Below the pieces are notes generated by a model. That model ran no database searches. It had not been told where the DNA came from and saw nothing but the letters and a program-made list of their open reading frames with translations. The position numbers were made by a program, and so were the translations under genes. DNA of 64,000 nt from Nitrosopumilaceae archaeon (GTDB taxonomy: Archaea > Thermoproteota > Nitrososphaeria > Nitrososphaerales > Nitrosopumilaceae). Below, in pieces: positions 57,065 to 64,000 of this stretch. The first letter of the stretch is position 1; each line of letters opens with the position of its first letter. The stretch covers positions 544,001 to 608,000 of the forward strand of contig OZ242365.1 in the NCBI GenBank assembly GCA_965208905.1, in the 5' to 3' direction.

Positions 57065-58672
57065 TCAGCGCATGACACCGACCAGCGCCCACTCACCATC
57101 ATGCACACTCCATACTTCTATACTGGAAGGAGAGAGATCCCCGTTCGAGTCCAGAACCATGGGTCCCAGCGTGCCGAAGTGCCTCTGCGCCACGTACGGG
57201 ATAGCCTCCTTCAACCGTTCCGGGTCCATACTCTGGGAATGCTGGATGGCAAGGCCTAGAATCCACGCTGACTCGTAGGCGGCCAGCATATCGTGTGTTG
57301 CAACCTTGCCGGTAGCCTCAGTGAGGCCCTGGCGCACGGTCTCAAGGTTCGGACCTGTTCCTTCCACCTGCAGGGCAGTATATCCGGTAGCAGAGACAAA
57401 CCCGGATATGGCCGGATTGTTCGTGTACCTAGCGTCCCTAGCGGTATAGTCGGTGCCGAACCATCTAACCCTTTCTGCGCCTTGGTGCGTGCTCATGGTC
57501 TCCAAGAAGAGCAGATCTTCGGTGGGTAGCGAAAAGACAGCCACCCGGTTGTCTCCATGGGTATCGGCCAGTAACACTATCCTGTCACGTATCTCCGCGC
57601 CCAAGTCTCCTAGCCTCATGCCAGCATCCTGAGTGATGCCGTCGTCCACTGCACCGCCCAGCCCAGCAAAGGATGTTGCAATGTCATTCCGGTAGTTGTT
57701 GTTCCACGGGTCGTCCGTCCAGACCGGAAGAAGTACACGTATGCCGTTATGCCACATTAGTCTTGCCAAGTCCGCCCCGAGCCGCGCATCGCTGGGGGAC
57801 GTCCGGAACACTCCGTCCGGCTCGTTCAGGGGGCTGGATGTGCCACAACAACTGAGGGCCACCACATCAGAATTATGCTCTCTTAGTGTCATCAGGCCAA
57901 GAAAGTCTGGCGGGCCCAGATATGCAGTTACACCTTCGGAGGAGAGATCATCGGCCAGCTTTTGGATCTCCGCGCCGACGGTATCCTGTATGACTACCTC
58001 CAGCATCCAGTCCTCGCCTATCTCCTCCAAGTATGAGTTAAAGTCTGTCACTCCTGCCATGGTGGACTCTAGCATTATGCTGCCAAAGCCTCCAAAATCA
58101 GCATCCAGCGGGAAGAGACCGCCCACCTTGGTTGGTGTAAACGCGCTCAAGGAGCAGACCGTCTGGCTGCCAGAGATGTGGCGAACATCCACAACAACTT
58201 TGGCACCGCCCGTGCCGTTGGTCGTCTCTATCGGTATCATCAGGGATCCGGATCCCGAGAGCGCCAGCGGGAACCTCTCTGCGCTCAGCCTGATGGGCTC
58301 GGACAGGACGATATCCGTCCTGATTTCATCTTGGTTTAAATATCCTGCGTGATCCAAAGCCATGCCGTCCAGACGCACTGAGTCTGATCTGATGGTATAC
58401 TCTCCGCTACCTTCCGAGACATACAGGTTCAGCGAGTAGAGCAGCGCATCGTCGGTGCATCCGAACACCAGCTTGTGCGTTGCAGTGCCGTCAGAATGAG
58501 GGATAGTAGCATGGAACGTCTGTGACCAGAGCACCGCATCCTGACTTGTGGACGTCATATGGGATGGAGCCTCCGTGGATGCGGGCATATCCAACATAGC
58601 CGGGGCTGCCAGGGCGCCAGGGATGATGCCGCATGTAGCAACTAATATGGCGCCTAGCAATACCGGATTCAA
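57065..58672 (-). CDS. Type 1 periplasmic-binding-fold (branched-chain amino acid-like) solute-binding protein with an extra N-terminal beta domain
   Basis: Signal peptide, KVGGLFPL, VFRTSPSD, AAYESAWILG, GTLGPMVLDSNGD. Confidence 0.75.
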   Translation of the reverse strand: MNPVLLGAILVATCGIIPGALAAPAMLDMPASTEAPSHMTSTSQDAVLWSQTFHATIPHSDGTATHKLVFGCTDDALLYSLNLYVSEGSGEYTIRSDSVRLDGMALDHAGYLNQDEIRTDIVLSEPIRLSAERFPLALSGSGSLMIPIETTNGTGGAKVVVDVRHISGSQTVCSLSAFTPTKVGGLFPLDADFGGFGSIMLESTMAGVTDFNSYLEEIGEDWMLEVVIQDTVGAEIQKLADDLSSEGVTAYLGPPDFLGLMTLREHNSDVVALSCCGTSSPLNEPDGVFRTSPSDARLGADLARLMWHNGIRVLLPVWTDDPWNNNYRNDIATSFAGLGGAVDDGITQDAGMRLGDLGAEIRDRIVLLADTHGDNRVAVFSLPTEDLLFLETMSTHQGAERVRWFGTDYTARDARYTNNPAISGFVSATGYTALQVEGTGPNLETVRQGLTEATGKVATHDMLAAYESAWILGLAIQHSQSMDPERLKEAIPYVAQRHFGTLGPMVLDSNGDLSPSSIEVWSVHDGEWALVGVMR

Positions 58673-59333
58673 TATCTTGTATCATTTCTAGATTCTTATA
58701 ACTTTACTGGCTAAAACAAGGTTGTTGCGTAATTCGATCCTGACCCCATTGAAGTCCACTCGATAAGTTTTTTGATCGTTGATTCCCTGCACACGACAAT
58801 GAGCTAACATACTAGATGACCGGACTATTGGAAATATTAGATGCTTTTTTCTAGTATAATTTTATCAGTAGGAGTACGCTGACAAACCTACACTCATGTG
58901 TATGAAATGCTCGACTTGTTCTACATCTGTCATTAGTTGGCTACAATTTGACCCATCTTATCGGCCTGTAAGGCCTCTAGTATATATGGCCAAGTTTTTG
59001 TAGAGTAGCATCCTGTATGAGTTGCTATACTGACAGTCTCTGTTTTATGATATCGCCTGTGTCTGATTGTTCTAGGCGTTCTTTAGAATATACAAGGGCC
59101 TCGCGCACTTCGGCTATGGACACTTTTGGCAGGACATATTTGGTGGTTGTATGTCTGGATTCCATTGTGCACCACTTCTCATGGAGATTAAGATCTAATA
59201 ACACTTAGATTAGATCATAAATATTTTTAATGTATAATTGTCAGTTATTATTTGGCCCTACGACTACCATGCGCCATAATATCAGTCTAGAATTCATCAT
59301 TAGGTATAACTAGAAGACCATTCAATATTGTAC

Positions 59334-59615
59334 ATGACAGAGCTTCCCACTAGAAACGACATAAAAAAAGGATTAATGGTAGAGGTAGAGACCAAGAAGG
59401 ATCAAGGTACGGGTAGACTTACTGTTGGGACAGTCAAAGAAATTCTCACGGCCAGTAAATATCACCCATACGGCATCAAGGTCAGATTGCAGAGCGGTCA
59501 AGTGGGCCGTGTCAAAAAAATTACCACCGCTATTACAGAAAAACAAACACGTTCATTCACAAACTTGGACATAAAGTCCATTCCAAAAACCGAGAACAAG
59601 TACAATGAGCTCTAG
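59334..59615 (+). CDS. YwbE (DUF2196) family protein, possibly C-terminally truncated
   Basis: KKDQGTGRLTVGTVKEILT...HPYGIKVRLQSGQVGRVKKI. Confidence 0.8.
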   Translation: MTELPTRNDIKKGLMVEVETKKDQGTGRLTVGTVKEILTASKYHPYGIKVRLQSGQVGRVKKITTAITEKQTRSFTNLDIKSIPKTENKYNEL

Positions 59616-61351
59616 GAAGATCATCAAATAGTATAATTGTCATATCGCCTTCTAAAACTGCGTACAGCTCCCCATTGCTCCATTACAAACTAATTCCAGA
59701 ATACCAAGACGCATCGTCATATATCATATTACCTATAGTAATAGTCACGTTTTGTTCCTCAGTCTATAATTTTTTATTTTTATCTTTTAATGTACCATAT
59801 TGCATCATATTGTGTGTTTAAATTCGGTCAGAGATACTGTCTTTAATACGGCTAATAAACATCATATAGTTAACCAATTTTTATGTATAATTTAATTTAT
59901 CAAAAAACAGCCCACACATTGTACGGTATTATTTTATATTTTATTTAATAAAAAATATCAAAAACAAATTATAGTATCGATATAATAAAATGAACCTATT
60001 GGGCTCAGAACAGATAGAAAATAATTCAAAGTTGTTTAGTGCCAATCCGCAGGAGGTTGTAGTAGCCATAGAGGCAAAGCGACTTCAGTATGCATTTATG
60101 TTTGATCCGTTATTGGCAATGAGTACCTCCAAGGTGGATCCACTGCCACATCAAATAGAGGCCGTATACAAATACTTACTAAAGAAACCCCGTATTCGTT
60201 TTCTGTTTGCTCATGATCCTGGTGCGGGTAAGACCATAATGGCAGGACTAGTAATAAAGGAGCTAAAACTACGAGGTTTAATAAATCGAATATTGATAGT
60301 CGTACCCGGGCATCTTAAGGAGCAGTGGCGTTGGGAGATGGAAGACAGATTTCATGAGACGTTCGATGTCATAGATCGTCAGCGTTACAACGAGTTGAAT
60401 AGCACCAATGTTTGGAATGGTTCTCAGATTATTACAGCGCTTGACTTTGCCAAACGTGTGGACGTGTTAGACTCCATAGATGGTGTTAACTTTGATCTCA
60501 TAATAGTAGATGAGGCACACAAGATGAGCGCCTATTCTACTGGTAGGACCACTACAAAGACGCAGAGGTACCGTTTAGGAGAGACGCTCTCATCTGTAAG
60601 CAAACACTTACTATTCTTAACAGCCACTCCTCACAAGGGAGACCCCGCCAACTTTCGACTGTTGTTAGACCTGTTGGAGCCCGGCTACTTTTCGGCGGAT
60701 GGTATGATAGAGGATGCCATCAAAAATCAGGACAATCCATTGTTTCTTCGCCGGGCAAAAGAGAGTATGGTTGATTTTGATGGTAAGCCTTTGTTTATGC
60801 CCCGCCAGGTACATACGCCTGATCTGAAGCTCTCTCCCACTGAGAGAACATTATACAATACTCTATCCAACTACGTACAGAAGCAGTATAATTTAGCTAT
60901 GCAGGCGATCAGGGGCCACAATATCACATTTGCCCTCATAATACTGCAGAGACGTTTTGCTTCCAGTACATATGCGCTCTCCGAGTCATTGAAGCGTAGA
61001 AAGGCACGGCTCGAAGAGTTGGAGAGAAGTGCCACCAAGGTAACCAGTGATAATGTTGATGTCACAACACAGATGGAACGGGTGGAGGAGATGTCTGAAA
61101 GTGAGAGATGGGACGAGGAGAAGAAGTGGGAGATACTCAGTCTTGCCCAAAATACTAAAGAGTTGCGCCAAGAGATAGAGATGCTGGACAAGCTGATACA
61201 GAACGCCAGTCGAGTCATGAAGCGGAAGACCGAGACAAAGTTGAGTCAACTACAAAGCACATTACGCACGTTGGATCAGGAACAACCAAACGAAAAGGTA
61301 CTGATATTTACCGAGGCCAAGGATACACTAGACTATCTCGTATCAAATATA

Positions 61352-62461
61352 TAGTTAGGTGCATAAATAACCCGACACCAGTTTTACACCGGTAGGATTT
61401 TGTCTAAATTTCTGAACAGAATATTGCGCGGATCAAACTTTATTTCCAGTGACTCGTATATCAGCATGATTTTTCTTCGGAAATATCTTTTGGCCGGCCG
61501 CCTGAAAGTTCGCCGTATCCTTGCCTTGCCGTTGAGCCATAACCATTCGGCTGGATTTAAAAACGGCGAGTACGGCGGCAAGAATATCAGTTTGACGAAA
61601 TTACTATTCTTTTTCAAGTATCGCTTTACACGGCTGGAATTATGATACGCGGCATTGTCCACTATTACGGCAACCTTGCCGAACTGTTTTTTCGTCTTGT
61701 TCAAATACCTGATAAAGGACCTGTCGTTGGCCTTGCTAGCGGCCATATAGCATGTCTGCCCGTCCAACGTGATGCCACCGTATATGCTCTGGCGCTGGTT
61801 GCAAAGTGGCGTTTGTACCGGTATGGCATCACCGCGTGTATAGACCGCGCCGCTGCCAAACATGCTCAAATTTTGGTGGCTTTCATCCGACATTATAGGC
61901 GTGAATCCGTCTTTTTCCAGCGTTTCTATCTCATTTTTGGCATCTTTCTGCCAGATTTCGAGATCTTTCCTTGGTGGAATTCGGTCGGATATCCGGGAAG
62001 TCTTCCGTATAGTAAAGCCAAGAGACCTAAGGATACGGCGCGCTTGCGATTCGCTGTATTTTATGCCGGTCTTTTTCTCAACCAGTTTAACAAATCTGTA
62101 GGCGGTAAATCGCTTGATGCCGTTAATTATATTCTCTAATGTGTGACGCGGTACGAAATATGGACGGCCCGGCCTCGCACCATCGGCGAGGCCATCCAGG
62201 CCTTTGTGGTCGTAGGCATTAAGCCAATCATATATGGTACTACGATCGACACCGAGCACATCCGCTGCCAAGGAGACAGCATGTCCTTTAATGCGCACCA
62301 TATTTACGGCTACGATACGGGCGTATTGCGTCGCACTCTTGGTCTGTTTTAGGGCCGTTTTTATTTTTTGAGCTTCGGTTTGGTTATTCATATAATTAGG
62401 TAATGATTTTGATCATTTATGCCTTTCTAATAGAATGTAGGATTATTTATGCTCCCAACTA
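61352..62461 (-). mobile_element. IS630-family element, copy B (1110 bp), TA duplication
   Basis: Close inverted copy of 54363-55472; TA at 61350-61351 and 62462-62463. Confidence 0.93.
61384..62391 (-). CDS. IS630 transposase
   Basis: 335 aa, nearly identical to copy A, DDE motifs intact. Confidence 0.93.
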   Translation of the reverse strand: MNNQTEAQKIKTALKQTKSATQYARIVAVNMVRIKGHAVSLAADVLGVDRSTIYDWLNAYDHKGLDGLADGARPGRPYFVPRHTLENIINGIKRFTAYRFVKLVEKKTGIKYSESQARRILRSLGFTIRKTSRISDRIPPRKDLEIWQKDAKNEIETLEKDGFTPIMSDESHQNLSMFGSGAVYTRGDAIPVQTPLCNQRQSIYGGITLDGQTCYMAASKANDRSFIRYLNKTKKQFGKVAVIVDNAAYHNSSRVKRYLKKNSNFVKLIFLPPYSPFLNPAEWLWLNGKARIRRTFRRPAKRYFRRKIMLIYESLEIKFDPRNILFRNLDKILPV

Positions 62462-64000
62462 TAGAGTCGTGGGGATATACAGTAAACACCATACATGGTG
62501 CCATGACATCCAATACACGTAAGGAAGCAGAAGCCATATTCCAAGACAAGACGCGCATAATGGTGGCAACAGAAGCCGCGGGGGAGGGAATAAATCTACA
62601 ATTCTGCCACATTATGATCAATTATGACTTGCCATGGAATCCCAACAGATTAGAACAGCGGATGGGCAGAATACACCGATACGGGCAGAAGCGGGACGTA
62701 CATGTCTTTAATCTGGTGGCAGCAAACACCCGAGAAGGCCAGATAATGCAAGTACTCTTTGACAAACTATTAGAGATAAAGAATGCCATTGGGAGCGATA
62801 AGGTCTTTGATGTCATCAGTGATATAGTTCCAGGCAAGAGTCTATCGCAGTTGCTACTGGATGCCACCGTCCGCTCAAGGAGTCAGAAGGTCATAATGAG
62901 GGACTTGAACCAGATTTTAGATATTGATCGTCATAATGCCCAGAACTATCCCAAGGACAGTCTTGCCAGCAAATACATGGACCAGACCATACTCCAAGAA
63001 AGACAGGAGTCGGCGCGAGAGAGGCAGCTTGTGCCCCACTACACACAGAGTATATTTAATGACATCATACAACTGGGTCAGGGAGATATAACTAATTTAG
63101 GTGGAGGATTAGTCTCCATAGCCCCTCCAAAAGATATGAAACTGGAGGGTGCCAAGACATGTCCAGTAGCAACCTTCCAAAAACAGATTCGTATGGCAAA
63201 TCCCAAAGTAGACCTTATAACATTTGGCCATCCACTCTTTGACTCGACATTACGGTGGGCTGCACGACGCTATGCCGGTACAGCCAATATAGGAGCAGTC
63301 TTTACAGACCCAACTGGCAGTCTATCGGGTGTTATAGCTTTTTGTGAGATGTCCATAAAAGATGGGGTCGGTAGATTGGCAGGCCATACCATGACAGCCT
63401 ATTATGTAGACCTGTCTGGCAATGTAAAGGAGGTACCAACTGCAATCTTGTTGGATTTGGAGCCTAGAGGAGAGATTGTAGAGGCCCCGGATATGAACAA
63501 AGTGCAGCGCTTAGTCTTAAAGGCAGTAAAAGAGTCACAGAGTAAATTTACAGATACCATACAGCAAGATCGAAGCGCTCAAGCTGACACAGCCCAGAGA
63601 TATGGAATTAAATCCATAGACAACATGTTAGCTACTATTAGTGATGATATTGAGGTCTTGCTTGGTAAAAAGACCAAGGGAAAGAAGGTAGATTTGGCCA
63701 TATATAATAAGCGTAAAGATCGTTATCGATACAGGCGGGCTCAACGAGAATTAAAAGAGCGCATAAAGAAAGACAGTATGCTAAAGTCTGACACTCCTTG
63801 TCTAATAGGCATTGCCCTGGTGGTTCCCAGCACTGCCAATATCACACAACAGTACAAGCAAGCAGTACAATTGGCCATGAAACATGAAAAAAGACGCAAA
63901 AGGCAACCAGAAGAGACCACTGCAATGGGGTATGGCTTCAATATACGCTCGGTGGATACTGCAAAAAAGTCTGGGGACACTCCAAATACCAGATATATAA

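Larger units (their letters stand above)
59990..64000 (+). pseudogene. SNF2/RapA-like helicase interrupted by IS630 (3' end outside the window)
   Basis: PLPHQ, DPGAGKT, DEAH and LTATPH before the IS; after removing it the frame continues ...LVSNI-ESWGY...ATEAAGEGINLQF...RLEQRMGRIHRYGQ. Confidence 0.9.

Noticed and set aside
59620-59989. AT-rich stretch as a chromosomal origin
   Set aside because: No orc1/cdc6 neighbour or ORB-like repeats; consistent with an eroded intergenic or promoter region.

Overview
This is an archaeal chromosomal window. Gene content (class II RNR, Nep1, RNase P Rpp21, archaeal RibD-C reductase, tRNAs without encoded CCA) points to Thaumarchaeota/Nitrosopumilaceae; a host-associated lifestyle is only an inference. 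Bases 1-13.7 kb are mostly core genes plus a tnpB gene bracketed by 18-22 bp inverted repeats next to tRNA-Gly. A ~39 kb island runs from tRNA-Lys(CTT) and a tyrosine integrase (13.7 kb) to a 14-bp duplication of the tRNA 3' end at 52836-52849. It carries a large PKD-repeat surface protein, a pentapeptide-repeat protein, a TIR (ThsB-like) gene paired with an unknown helical protein, IS630/IS110/IS5/IS3 elements and MITEs, a HUH rolling-circle Rep facing a motif-eroded Hef-like helicase, toxin-antitoxin pairs, and a type I R-M operon whose HsdS is fused to a minimal nucleotidyltransferase. The last 11 kb hold two inverted IS630 copies (one splitting an SNF2 helicase), Yip1, USP and a solute-binding protein. 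Best candidates for undescribed systems: the TIR-bounded TnpB element, the TIR plus orphan-protein pair, the Rep plus pseudo-helicase module, and two unexplained repeat architectures. All calls come from reading motifs by eye; no database searches were run.
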